64,000 bases of DNA from Camelus dromedarius (Eukaryota), in contig NC_087436.1 in assembly GCF_036321535.1 (NCBI RefSeq), forward strand, positions 70,372,001 to 70,436,000, written 5' to 3'. Made by a program: the position numbers and the translations under genes. Of the stretch, positions 12,651-25,118 are shown piece by piece (within the stretch, counting starts at the first letter, position 1; each line of letters opens with the position of its first letter). Below the pieces are notes generated by a model. The model was not told where the DNA came from. It searched no databases and saw nothing but the letters and a program-made list of their open reading frames with translations.

Positions 12651-13697
12651 TTGTTAATTGAAGTATAGTTGATTTACAATGTTACATTTATTTCATGTGT
12701 ACAGCAAAGTGATATATATATATATATATATTCTTTTTTAGATTCTTTTCCATTCAGGTTATTACAAGATACTGAATATAGTTCCCTGTGCTATTCAGTA
12801 GGTTCTTGTTGTTTATCTACTTTGTATATAGTAGTGTATATCCGAAACTCCTAATTTATCCCTCCCCTCCTTTCCCCTTTGGTAACTATAAGTTTGTTTT
12901 CTATGTCTGTGAGTCTCTTTCTGTTTTTAGATTCCACATGTAAGTGATATCATATGATATTTTTCTTTCTCTGTCTGACTTACTTCACCTAGGATAATAA
13001 TCTCGAGGTCTATCCATGTTGCTGCAAATGGTATTATTTCATTCTTTTTATGACTCAGTAATATTCCATTGTATATATATACACCATATTTTCTTTATTC
13101 ATTCATCTGTTGATGGATATTTAGGCTGCTTCAATGTCTTGGCTATTGTAAACAGTGTGGCTATGAATATTGAGGTACATGTATCTTTTTGAATTAGAAT
13201 TTTCTCTGAATATATGCCCAGGAGTAGAATTACTAGATCATATGGTAGTTCTATTTTTAGTTTTTTAGGGAACCTCCATACTGTTCTCCACAGTGGCTGC
13301 ACGAATTTACATTCCTGCCAACAGTGTAGGGGGGTTCCCTTTTCTTCTCACCCTCTCCAGCATTTATTATTTCTAACCTTTTGGATGATTGCAATTCTGA
13401 CCAGTGTGAGGTGATACCTCGTTGTAGTTTTGGTTTGCATTTCTCTGATAATTAGTGATGTTGAGCATCTTTTCATGTGTCTGTTGGCCATCTGTATGAC
13501 TTCTTTGGAGAAATGTCTATTTAGGTCTTCTGCTCGTTTTTTGATTGGGTTGTTTGTTTTTTTGATATTGAGCTATATGAGCTGTTTGTGAATTTTTGAA
13601 ATTGATCCCTCATGAGTCACATTGTTTGCAAACATTTTTCTCCCAGTCTGTAGGTTGTCTTTTACTTTTGTTTATGGTTTCCTTTGCTGTTAAATGC
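12651..13697 (-). mobile_element. Younger 5'-truncated L1 (ORF2 C-terminus plus 3' UTR)
   Basis: ORFs 13099..13302 ([31 protein letters not shown]) and 13610..13798 (TAKETINKSKRQPTDWEK). Confidence 0.95.
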
Positions 13698-13759
13698 CTT
13701 ATTATTATTATTTTTTGTCTTTCATTTCCTATGGTAAGAGCTAAATTGACTGAAACTAA

Positions 13760-13912
13760 GTACAATTTACTGTCCAAGCTTTCCCCTGAAAGTCGCAAGC
13801 CTTCGATAGACTACACAGTTCCAAAATAGTTACATCAGACAGATTCTGCCAGTGTAATTGTTGTCTGGGTGAGGAGAGAGATTCCTGGTACTTTGTGTTC
13901 CACCATCTTCCT
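13760..13912 (-). mobile_element. Old L1 5' end fragment
   Basis: 'ccaaaatagttacatcagacagattctgccagtgtaattgttgtct..ccaccatcttcc' resembles L1M 5' termini. Confidence 0.65.
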
Positions 13913-14573
13913 AGGATCCGTTCTCCCCAAATATACATTTTTAACCTCATGGTGTATTTCATATTAACTCTAAGGCAAAATGAAATAATTCCTTAATTAT
14001 ATGAATTTATCCTTTCAGGTTCTCTGGATGGATCTTTGTTTTTGCCTAAATCCATGGGGCAGGCATATCTGAGGATCAGAAAAATAGGCTGAGGAGCCAG
14101 GTAGATAGGTACAGTTGCTAAGGATGTCTATGTTTACCCCTGAGAGAAATCAAATGCTGTTTTCTTTGTAGGTTTTTGTAACTATTTGGGAGGCATTTGA
14201 TCCTTTTTAAAATAATCCATTTCATAAAGGACTCTTCAATTTGAAGAGGTCTGTATAAATCAGTGCTATGTATAATAAGATCCCCAGATCCATCTCTGAT
14301 AAAGATGCTATCTACATTCCTTCTCAAGTGCTCTGTTGCTTTTATTCAGATCATACCTTAGATCTTTTTATGCTCAGGTAATGTTTTTATTCTAATCATG
14401 GTTGGGATACCTCAGAAGGATTTGTAACTTATAACTTATATAAGTAACTTATATCCCAGCCACCTGTCCAAAATTTGGGGTGTTCCAGCTTCACCTCTCA
14501 GTGTGTCAAAAGCTTAGTTACATTTACAAGGTAAACATTTCCATTTATATCTCATGAGCTTAACCTTTGGCCT

Positions 14574-14680
14574 TAGGATGACCAATTATGGTTTGGCTAT
14601 GACTGTCTAGGTTTAGCACTGAAGTCCAGTGTCCTGGTTAATCTCTCAGTACCAAGCAAACCTGGACAATTGGCCACCTT
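14574..14680. mobile_element. MER81-like hAT-Blackjack element
   Basis: TIR-like ends 'taggatgaccaa' and 'ttggccacctt'; internal 'tttagcactgaagtcc'. Confidence 0.7.
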
Positions 14681-15450
14681 TTTTGGCCTAGAAATATTTC
14701 CTGGATTTCTTTATTAAAGCCACCTAACTCTTTATTCCTGCATTAAGAGTAGCAAGTAACTTCACTAATTTTACATGTTCATGTTCTTGCTAAATTTCTG
14801 AGGATTTTGTTCAAGGTTTATGAATATTCATGGGCTGCTGGCAGTTTAGACTGAGAAGGGAGTTAAGAGATCCTGCACTGCAAACCATGTCATTTTACAG
14901 ATGAATAAAATCTCAATTGCATTGGAAAGTCTTGGCCATCCACTCTGGCGACCATGGTACCAGTTTATTACAATGTATTCAAATATCTCCTTTCTCACTA
15001 ATTAAAAACAGATGATTATGTTGGAACATCAGCTACAGTAACAGGAAAAAGTAGCATTCAGTTAGTTTTAAATTGTCCAATAATCTTTTTCTAATGCCTC
15101 TTTTTGCGTCATAGGCATTTTAACTTTCCTCATGTCTAAAGTTCAGTGTCTCTCATGGATTACTCATATTATCTGAGTGTGAAAATAAATATGGTCAGGT
15201 TAATTAGCACCAATTTTAATAAGATCCCAAAGTAATTTTACACAGTTCTTCCTGGGAAGAAAAAAATTAAACTGGATAACGGAGACGATGGGATCTAAAA
15301 TAGAAGCAGTGCATAGGGCACAGAAGAAAGAGAGTTAACCACAGAAAAGGGAGAAAGATATTGTGTGTACCTTGTGTGATGGATGGAGGTTTTCTTTTCA
15401 AAATCACAGAGTGGTCCTTTGTTATTTTGCTTCCAAAGTAAGTCAGAGTC

Positions 15451-15631
15451 CAGTGGTTTTCAAACAGGCAGAAGGATCTCACCAGCTTGTTGAAAACTGA
15501 AATGCCTGACTTCCATCCTTGGTCATTCTGATTCAGTAGCTCTGGAGTGGAACCTGGGAATCTCTATTTTTAATAAATTTAGAAAGTGATTCTGATGCAA
15601 TTGGTCAATGGAGTGATGTCTAGAACCACTG
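15451..15631. mobile_element. MER5-family hAT-Charlie element
   Basis: Ends 'cagtggttttcaa' and 'agaaccactg'; internal 'attctgattcagtagctctggagtgg..gtgattctgatgca'. Confidence 0.85.
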
Positions 15632-16189
15632 AGTTAGGGTATTTGAAGAGGCTTTCCTATTTTTCACTTTGAGAAAAATAACCTTGGACTTCACCATTTT
15701 GAGACAGCAGGTATAATTATGCTTCCTTCAAAGACAAGGAAATTGTGGAAGTTAGAGTTCCATTTTAATGGAAGAATATGAGAATATGAGGGTTTTTACC
15801 CTCCAGTTTCACTTTTAAGAGTATATTAAGGTCGTGAAATAAGACCTGCTATGAAGAGTGACGGTGAATTCCTCCAAAGGGCATGTAGGACTACGCAATT
15901 TTTACATTTTTCACTTGATCATAATGAAGAGATGGAGTAGGGGTGGCCCCTGGGAACTTCCCAGGAGTCCAGCATTTTTCAATCCTAGTCTGACTTGTCT
16001 ATAGAGAGTATTCAACCTAATTGGGTAGAGAAGAAATGGGTGAAGTCTCTCTTGTTCACTATCCATGATAGAAGTATCTCTTATTAAGTGTATGTTTATG
16101 TGGCCATGTACACACACCCACATACCCTAAAAAGTCCTCTGGGAAACTGACACAAGGCCCTATGTTCTTAATTAGCAGAGTGGAATCCC

Positions 16190-16395
16190 CAGCCCTGTCA
16201 CTTATGGTATAGCAGAAGATGTGCTTGGCAATTAATTGGATGAGCTGTAAAACTGGAATCCTGACCACTTGTGGTCATTAAAGATCCCAGGATACTTTCC
16301 TTATGGCAGGTGGAGTCGTGGAATAATTCCAGCCCTGATAATTGAATTAGATTCTGCCCAGTTTCCCTTTACACTTTCAATTGGACTCTGTTCCT
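16190..16395 (+). mobile_element. AmnSINE1-like (Deu-domain) ancient SINE fragment
   Basis: 'ggatgagctgtaaaactggaatcctgaccacttgtggtcattaaagatcccagg...aattccagc...gattctgcc...tttcaattgga' follows the recalled AmnSINE1 Deu domain colinearly. Confidence 0.75.
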
Positions 16396-16407
16396 TTTCT
16401 ATCTTTA

Positions 16408-18197
16408 TTTTTTAACATTGTTTTTACTGAGTTATAGTCATTTTACAATGTTGTGTCAAATTCCAGTATAGAGCACAGTTTTTCAGTTATACATGAACAT
16501 AACATATATTCATCGTCACAATTTTTTTTTCTGTGAGCTACCACAAAATCTTGTACACACTTCCCTGTGCTGTACAGTGTAATCTTGTTTATCTATTCTG
16601 CATATGCCTGTCAGTATCCACAAATTTTGAAATCTCTGTCCCTTCCCACTCCCCACCCCTTTGGCAACCACAAGTTTGTATTCTATGTCTATGAGTCTAT
16701 TTCTGTTTTGTATTTATGTTTTTTTTTTTTAGATTCCACATATAAGAGATCTCATATGGTATTTTTCTTTCTCTTTCTGGCTTACTTCACTTAGAATGAC
16801 ATCCTCCAGGAACATCCATGTTGCTGCAAGTAGGGTTATGTTGTCGTTTTTTTATGGCCGCATAGTATTCCATTGTATAAATATAACACATTCCTTATCC
16901 AGTCATCTGTTGATGGACATTTAGGCTGTTTCCATCTGTTGGCTATTGTAAATGGTGCTGCTATGAACACTGGGGTGCAGGTGTCATTTTGAAGTAGGGT
17001 TCCTTCTGGATATATGTCCAGGAGTGGGATGACTGGGTCATATGGTAAATCTACTCCTAGTCTTTTGAGGAATCTCCATACTGTTTTCCACAGTGGCTGC
17101 ACCAAACTGCATACCCACCAGCAGTGTAGGAGGGTTCCCTTTTCTCCACAGCCTCTCCAGCATTTGTCATTTGTGGACTTTTGAATGATGGCCCTTCTAA
17201 GTGGTGTGAGGTGATACCTCATTGTAGTTTTGATTTGCATTTCTCTGATAGTTAGTGATATTGAGCATTTTTTCTTGTGCCTATTGATCATTTGTATTTC
17301 TTCCTTGGAAAATCACTTGTTTAGGTCTTCTGCACATTTTTGGATTGGGTTGTTTTTTTTTTTTTCTTATTAAGTCATATGAGCTGCTTATATATTCTGG
17401 AGATCAAGCCTTTGTCGGTTTCATCATTTGCAAAAATTTTCTCCCATTCTGTAAGTTGTCGTTTTGTTTTACTTATGGTTTCCTTTGCTGTGCAGGAGCT
17501 TGTAAGTTTAGTTAGGTCCCATTTGTTTATTCTTGCTTTTATTTGTATTATTTGGGTAGACTGCCCTAGAAGAACATTTTTGAGATGTATGTGAGATAAT
17601 GTTTTACCTATATTTTCTTCTAGTAGGTTTATTGTATCTTGTCTTATGTTTAAGTCTTTGATCCATTTTGAGTTTATTTTTGTGTATGGTGTAAGGGAGT
17701 GTTCTAGCTTCATTGTTTTACATGCTGCTGTCCAGTTTTCCCAACACCATTTGCTGAAGAGACTGTCTTTATTCCATTGTATATTATTGCCTCCTTTGTT
17801 GAAAATTAGTTGACCAAAAGTTTGTGGGTTCATTTCTGGGCTTTCTATTCTGTTCCATTGGTCCATATGTCTGTTTTTGTACCAATACCATGCTGTCTTG
17901 ATTACTGTAGCTCTATAGTATTGTCTGAAGTCTGGGAGAGTTATTCCTCCAGCCTCTTTCTTTTTCTTCAGTAATGCTTTGGCAATTCTAGGTCTTTTGT
18001 GGTTCCATATAAATTTTATTATGATTTGTTCTAGTTCTGTGAAATATGTCCTGGGTAATTTGATAGGGATTGCATTAAATCTGTAGATTGCCTTGGGCAG
18101 TGTGACCATTTTAACAATATTGATTCTTCCAGTCCAGGAGCATGGGATATCTTTCCATTTTTTTAAGTCTTCTTTAATTTTCTTCATCAGTGGTTTC
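16408..18197 (-). mobile_element. Young 5'-truncated L1 (~1.8 kb) with 12-bp target-site duplication (TSD)
   Basis: ORF2 segments 17375..18187 (270 aa, [18 protein letters not shown]...) and 16836..17291 are in different frames either side of a poly-T run. Exact TSD tttctatcttta at 16396-16407 and 18198-18209. Confidence 0.97.
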
Positions 18198-19299
18198 TTT
18201 CTATCTTTAATTTCAGTGAACCAGTACGTTAATAGAGAACCACTAGTTTCTAAAGATGACTATAATATATAATATAGTAACAATGTCTCAATTTATGGAG
18301 TGAGATTCACAGTGTTAGTATTGGATGGGAGGCATATTTTGTACAAAGAGAAATTATTGGATTGACATCTAAAGAAATATGGTACTAGATGTTGGCCATT
18401 GTTAGAGTCCTAGCTTTTGATCAATTAATTACCTGGTATGTATCACGTGATTAAAATAACTATGGAAATTTTTTTAAGGAAAGAGGTCATGCAAGGATCT
18501 GGATTATGATCAGTCCATCATTCTGTGCACCTGAAATTTGCTAAAAAAATTACTTAAAAATCAAAATAAAAGGGATCTCTGTACACTCATTAAAAAAAAA
18601 AAGAAACATGGTACCACTCCTGAAAAATTTAACTTGTTAAAACATTTCAATGTATAGTTTAAAGTGCATGCCCTATTAGCTTTTAGAGGTCATTTGAAAG
18701 TTTTACCTTTTATTTTTATGAAGAGTATCTTTCTAAAAACAAGGTAATTAATAAGCATACTTTATTAGTATACTGAATCCAAAATATAAGAAGGCTGATC
18801 TTGTCTCTAGGATAAAGGAAGAGATAAGAATAGTGAGACATACTGAGAATCAATCTGATGGCTTAAAATTTGTTGATGCAGAATTTGACCTCATATTTCT
18901 TCAGTATAAACAATTAGTCTGATTCTAATCTTCCATTACAGTTTTTCAAAGTGAGGAGTTTTAGTGTATAGCATGCTTTCTCTTAACAATTGTATTTTTT
19001 TGTTGTTGTTACCACAAGTTGTTTTATAAATACAAGTGTTTTTTCAAGCAAATGAAAATTCAGTGAACTGCATATTTACCAAAAATAGAGTTCTATTATG
19101 TGAGGTGAGCAAACTCCTATTAATTATTATTTAGCAGGTTGTTTGTTTCTGGGAATTAAATTTTTCTCTGAAATATTTTTAAAGATATGAACAAAGTATT
19201 AATTTCTCATTGTGGATAACAACTTTAATTTGAAAACTATTTAACCCATATTCTTTTAATAGACCAAAACAGGCCTTTATTTGCTGTGCAGATTAACTC

Positions 19300-21620
19300 A
19301 TACCTATTCAGGAAAGCAAAATATACTGCCCAGTGTATGTGGTTTGTCAACATGTTTGAGTAATGCAGAGAACTTCAAAAGACAAAACAAAGCTAATACC
19401 TTATAGAGATAAGAAAGATTTACTTTCATAAAACAAGAACAGAATAAAATTAAAAAAAAATAAAAGAGGACAAGAAAGGTCTTTTGAAAAGCAAAAACAT
19501 AGTGGCTAAAAATAATCAACAGAAGAATATCTCTGATGGTACAACAATAAGTCAAAATATGGAAAACAGGGAAGAAGAGACTTAAAGGAGCAGTCAATCA
19601 ATTGGTGTTCTAGGAAGAGACAGAGGAACTGGAGAGAAGGAATTTATCAAATATGTAATATAAGAGCTAAAGTATAGATTTCTAGATCATAAAGGCACAC
19701 TGAGTGCTTTATAAAATGAATGCAAAAGACCCATATATTACATTGCAATATGCTAGTGAAAAACAGAGAAATCCAAATGCTTGCAAAGAGAAAATTTAAG
19801 TTGCTTTCAAAGAGGAAGTACTCAGTATAAAATTGAATTTCTCAAAGCAACACTGATTGCTAAAATATAATAGAGGAATAACCCTAAAATTTGAGAGAAA
19901 ATTATTTCAAACCTATCTAACCTATACCTAACCAAACTATCAATAAAACTGCAGAACAAAGACTATTAAAGGGCTCAGGAAATTTCACTATCAGATACTC
20001 TTTCTTAAGAAATTTTTTGCACGTATATTATAGTAAAACAAGAGTACAAACTTAAGAAAAAAGAATATTTAAGATGTAAAAACTATGGAAGAGTCAGTAA
20101 TGTCCCAGGATAACTCTTATGCCTTAAGAAAGTAATCAAATTGCAGTGAGATGCCAGAAGGCTCTAGGAGGGAGTTATTTCTCCCCACACCTGTAAAAGA
20201 CCCCATAGTATTACTGATAAGGTAGAGCTTTTAGAAATAAAGATGGAGAATTATTATAATAAGAATTTGACAAGAAGAAAAGAAAGGCAATTAGAAACTT
20301 CAGAAAAACATTTTTCCAAGAAAGAAAACATATCTAGCTCTTCAGTGAACAATATTCATATGATCATATTATGCAAATATTATTTATTAACTTAATGAAA
20401 ATAGTTATATAACCAGTAGTGTGTTAGTAAATGTTTAAAAAAAACTCTAAAAAATGCACATATATCTATACATTTATTGTCAAATTTCCTTATGTAAAGG
20501 ATACATAGCCCATAATATACAAATAATAATAAAATATACAAAATCCTTTATTGTAAATTCCATCAAGCAATTGATTCTCACATAATGCTTTTGTTGATTT
20601 TTGCTGAATTCTTGAACCATCGCAAACCTACGGTTGCAACTTACAAAGGAACATACTTCTAATATGAATGTTAGTTGAATTTTCTTTTACCTTAACAAGT
20701 AAGAAAAAAGTGAAACGATGAAGACATATGTCGGAACTTCACTCATTTACCAATGACATGAGCAACCTCTTTGCTGAAATGAATAATATTTTTTGAATAA
20801 TGGAAAAATATTTCCTCATTTTTGGTCTATTCACAATGTAATGGGTATAGACATAACCCACTTTTACATTTTATCTAAATTATTAAAAATTTCTCTATTA
20901 TTTTCCTGACTCTAGACAAGTCTAGACAATCAACAAACCAATAAATCAAACCTGGAGTTCTGGCATTTGCTGATTTATATAGTGAAATACTCCCACCATG
21001 GTCATTGTTAAGCAACCACTGTGGTCTCATTAAACACAAAGTTGGGAAGGTATGTGTAGTAGCATTCCACTATATAGTATTTCTGCCATATAGATACAAT
21101 AAATGTGAGTAACCTCAATAGCATAGATAACGGTAAAATGTAGTAACATAATTTGGAAGTGTAACCTTTGAGTGTTTGTTGCCTATGGTTTTAATATAAT
21201 TTATTTAACTCTAAGTGTGTGTAATTTAATTTTTAGTAATGGTTGTGTTTAACAATTGGCCTGCAAAATTTCTAAAACAATAGGATCTTGCAGTCTGAAT
21301 CAAGTAGGTTCCAACATACTATGAGATGTAGCACTGTTGGCTGAACTGGGGAAATTGGCTGGCAGTGGTATAAATAGATAAATCTTCATTTCTCATAGCA
21401 TAAAGCAAAATACAGTGATTTATAGATATTAAGTTTAAAATAACAGCTTTTCTAAAGATTTTTATATAATCACTGAATTATTTAAATAAGATTATAGGAG
21501 AATGATTGGGAGGCTGTGTGGTTGTAGGGCAGGACAAAGCTTTTATTAGAAACTTTCGTTGAATATTTAACCCTGAGTAGGTACTAATTTGAAAAAAAGT
21601 TAACAAAAGTAAAATAACTA
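19300..21620 (+). mobile_element. Old L1ME/HAL1-type ORF1 region split by a MER63-like element
   Basis: A-rich, ORF1-like sequence 'aattggtgttctaggaagagacagaggaactggagagaaggaatttatcaaa..gaatttctcaaagcaacactgattgctaaaa'. Confidence 0.6.
20413..21321. mobile_element. MER63-family hAT element (long form)
   Basis: Left end 'ccagtagtgtgttagtaaatgttta'; right end 'gtgtttaacaattggcctgcaaaatt...ggttccaacatacta'. Confidence 0.75.
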
Positions 21621-23178
21621 AATGTAAAAAATGATTTAATTTATATAGACATTTTGAAATAATGCGAAAATGGTATTCTTCCTCATTCTGTCCTGTTTTA
21701 TTCAATGCTCTGATCTATCAATAGGGAAAATGGTCTAGTTCACTGAGGATCTTCTGCATCAAATCACTCTAAGCATCTAAAATCGATATACCCTTTGGAT
21801 ATTTTTGACTGGGCTGGTTTTAACTGATGTTTAAAAATTTGCTGATTCTTGATTGGAAGTATCAATTGGGACAAATCTGAAATGTTTCCACTTTGAGTGT
21901 CTAATTTGCTGCCTTCTTCTGGCAGTCACTGAACTCTTACAGTTTTAGACCATTGTTGGCTCTCTAGGATTTTAATTAGGCAGCTGAATCCCATATGTTT
22001 ATGCGCACTACTTTAATTTCTCTGGTATGTTTATTTGTGTGGTTGTAGCACTTTAACACTCTGCTTTCCCAGAGGACATACAAACAGTCTGGTAATTTGA
22101 CATATGATGTAATCACAGGACACGTACCAGTTAATCAGATGTCCTAAACCCACCCACACCTTCAAAACCTGTCTGGTAAATGAGTGCATTGTAAATTCTG
22201 TTCATTCTTTTAACAGGTCAGTTGCTTTTGTTTCTTCTTTCTTATTCCCATTTCCACACTACTAATTTCATTCATATCACCTCATTTTTGGTTTATTGCT
22301 CTGCCTCCTAGCTCATCTTTCTACCTCCAAACTCTATTGTTCAATCCATCTTGAACAGCATTGCTAAAACCATTTTCCAAGAATACTGCTTTAATGTCTC
22401 TCCTTTGCTCAAAAATCTTCAGTGGTTTCTTTTTTTCCCAAGATAAGTTTATATCCATTAACTAGCCCAGTAATCTCCAAAGTGAGGTGGGTGTACTCAG
22501 CTGTGAAAGGCAATCCACTGGAATACAAGAATGTAGCAGAACTTGTTATTCCTATCTTTCCCACTAGATAACCAATTATATACATTTTGTAAGTAAAAAA
22601 GAAAAGAAATTAAACTTTGCTAGCGTGTCAAATACAGATTGATACAGGAACTGTCTTTCAGACTTTATGATGGATAATCATGTCCCTTGTGTACCTGAAA
22701 CATCTTGAAGTAATAGCTGAAGCTTCAGGGTACTTAGTGGAGAGCAGTGGAACCCTCATTTTGTGGGTTAGCTTCCATCATACTGTGATATTTTCCTATT
22801 TAGGTGCTTCTGCTTATGATTTATTGATTATATGGTTTCATGAATGGGCAAGCAGCTTAAAAAGATTTCTGGAAAGAAACCACAGACTGAAGAGAACAGT
22901 AACTACAAGTATAAGAGAACAACAAAAAAGGCCGAGCTGTTACTTCTATTTTTAGTATAAACATTTTGGAAGTTACATTACACAGTAAAAATAATGCAAC
23001 TCATCAGGTCTGACATTTGGTCGAAATGATTCAAAATTACTGAAATGACAATTTGAAATATGAATTCTTACATTTTAATAATATATCTCCCTTGAAGTGT
23101 ATAGTGTGCTTGAGATTTTAGTTAGTGATAGTATGAAGCCATTAAATTAGCAAGATATTTGTAAACTGAGCGCTTAAA

Positions 23179-24708
23179 AAGGGCATATTCAGATTTTGTG
23201 GAGCTTGAACCTGAGTTTGTTTCAGAGAAAAAACACAAAATTGCAAATGCAAAATTGAGTGTGAAAATGAACATTTATTTAGAATAAGAAAAGAAATCAC
23301 AGCAGATTACTCATTTTAAAAAGCTGGAAATACCAAAAACAACACAAGATCCAGAAAAACAACATAGTATTTCTTATAAGTGAACTGCTGACATGCCTCT
23401 ATAACACCTTTTTCGTATACTTTTTTAGCTACCTCTTCTTTGAGCACTCCTTCGTATGACAATTACTTTGTAATATTTTCTAAAGATAAAATTGAAAGAT
23501 AATTCATACTTTCCTTTAGCATGGCTGGTCAAAATTTGTTTTTTATTATTGATAATAATTTGCTATTAATAATGTTATCTAGATTTTTTGGATTATAGTC
23601 AAATTTGAGGAAACCTTTATCATGTTTATATTTGAGCTATAAGATTTCAGGGAGGTTCATATTTTATCATGCAAGACTAACTTTAAATGCTCTTTGAATT
23701 AACAATACTAATTAATCAGAGCAAACTCAAATGCATTTAAAAACTTCTTTTATGTTGCAGTGAGCTACAAAACTGTATAATCAAATTATTCTTATGCTAT
23801 ATATTTTTCCTTATTGATAAACGTGTAGGAGATCTGCCATAGGAAGACTTGTTCTTTATTTGTTTTGCTATGCTGGTGGCAATTTTGTATGCCAGTTTAT
23901 TGGGGCCTGTAAGAATTCATCAGGACAAGATACATAAGACAAGGTAAGATGTGCTCTCACAGCTGGGATACACAGAATATGTGACTTCACACACAGACAT
24001 ACTCGTTGATTGTAGTATTGTTATAAGTTTGTGTCCTAAAAACACAGGAATTATGAAAAAGTCGGTTTCACATGAATACCATCAAAAATAATACTAAAAA
24101 AATACACGATTTATTTAGAATTAAATATGATGACAGAATTTCCACTAGAGAACCATATCCTTTATTTATAATCTTACATATCTGATGACTGGAAGAGTTT
24201 TCCGCAGACTAGCTTCTGGTTCTGTAACTTTGAACCTTGTTTCTCTTTCTTCCCCTTTCATGAGTTTCTGGCCTCACACACCGTAGAACACACTCACATT
24301 GCATCTTCATGCCACAGCCGTGCATGAATCAGTACAGTGGGCAGGAACATTCCCGGAAGGCATCTTCTCCTGGGGATGGCTAGTGGTAACCTCAGTACAC
24401 GTGGAAGAGCCTAGGAACCGTATAAATATATCCCACTAAACCTGAGCTAGAAGTGCTCCCAACTCTGTTTCCCCTTATTTGGATCCAAAAAGTGCTGGCA
24501 GCCACTTATGCCCTATCAAACACAAAGGAAATGGAACAGAGGAAGTCAGAGTAGAAAGAAACGGTGCTCTAAATTGTGGTCAGAATGTCTTCCCTCTCTC
24601 ACCTCTGCAACCTTTCCTGAAATATATGACCATGTGGACACATTTCAGGGGAGATGCTCAGGCAGGTGAGGGGTCTTGAACTGAAGCTTCCTGGTATATT
24701 TGTCTCTA
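23179..24708. mobile_element. ~1.5 kb hAT element with MER53-like termini, nested in Charlie
   Basis: 5' 'gggcatattcagattttgtggagcttgaa..acacaaaattgcaaatgcaaaatt'; 3' 'gcaggtgaggggtcttgaactgaagcttc..tgtctct'. Confidence 0.65.
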
Positions 24709-25020
24709 TTTTCAGAAAACAAAAATATTTTAATGGTATTTAAAGACGTTTGACACGATAAAACATAGAATGTTGCTGAACAGAATGGTAAATTCTTCTG
24801 AGATTCCTTTCTTATTTAAAAGGGGGAAAAACCCACTCACGTCTCTTTTGCCTCCTATGTCAGCCTAAGTCAACTATGGAAATAAAATGAGTGTGGAGTC
24901 AGACTTTTGGATCACTGGGACACCAAATATTACTTGAAGATTAACAGAGTATATTAAATCATATTGCTCTCATTAAAAATATTGATTTTTTCCACTGATG
25001 ACAAAAAGGATTTTTTACCC

Positions 25021-25118
25021 ATTTTTAAAATTGAAGTATAGTCAGTTTTCAATGTTGTGTCAATTTCTGGTGTACAGCATAATGTTTCAGACATATGTAT
25101 ATTTCTTTTCATATCCTT
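25021..25118 (-). mobile_element. ~100-bp L1 3' end with degenerate TSD
   Basis: 'ttgaagtatagtcagttttcaatgttgtgtcaatttctggtgtacagcat'; flanks tgacaaaaaggattttttacc (24999) and tgacaaagaggttttttgtacc (25119). Confidence 0.85.

Noticed and set aside
16836..18187. 270-aa and 151-aa ORFs as a host gene or active L1
   Set aside because: They are L1 ORF2 C-terminal segments from a 5'-truncated, frameshifted copy lacking ORF1, the endonuclease and most of the reverse transcriptase.
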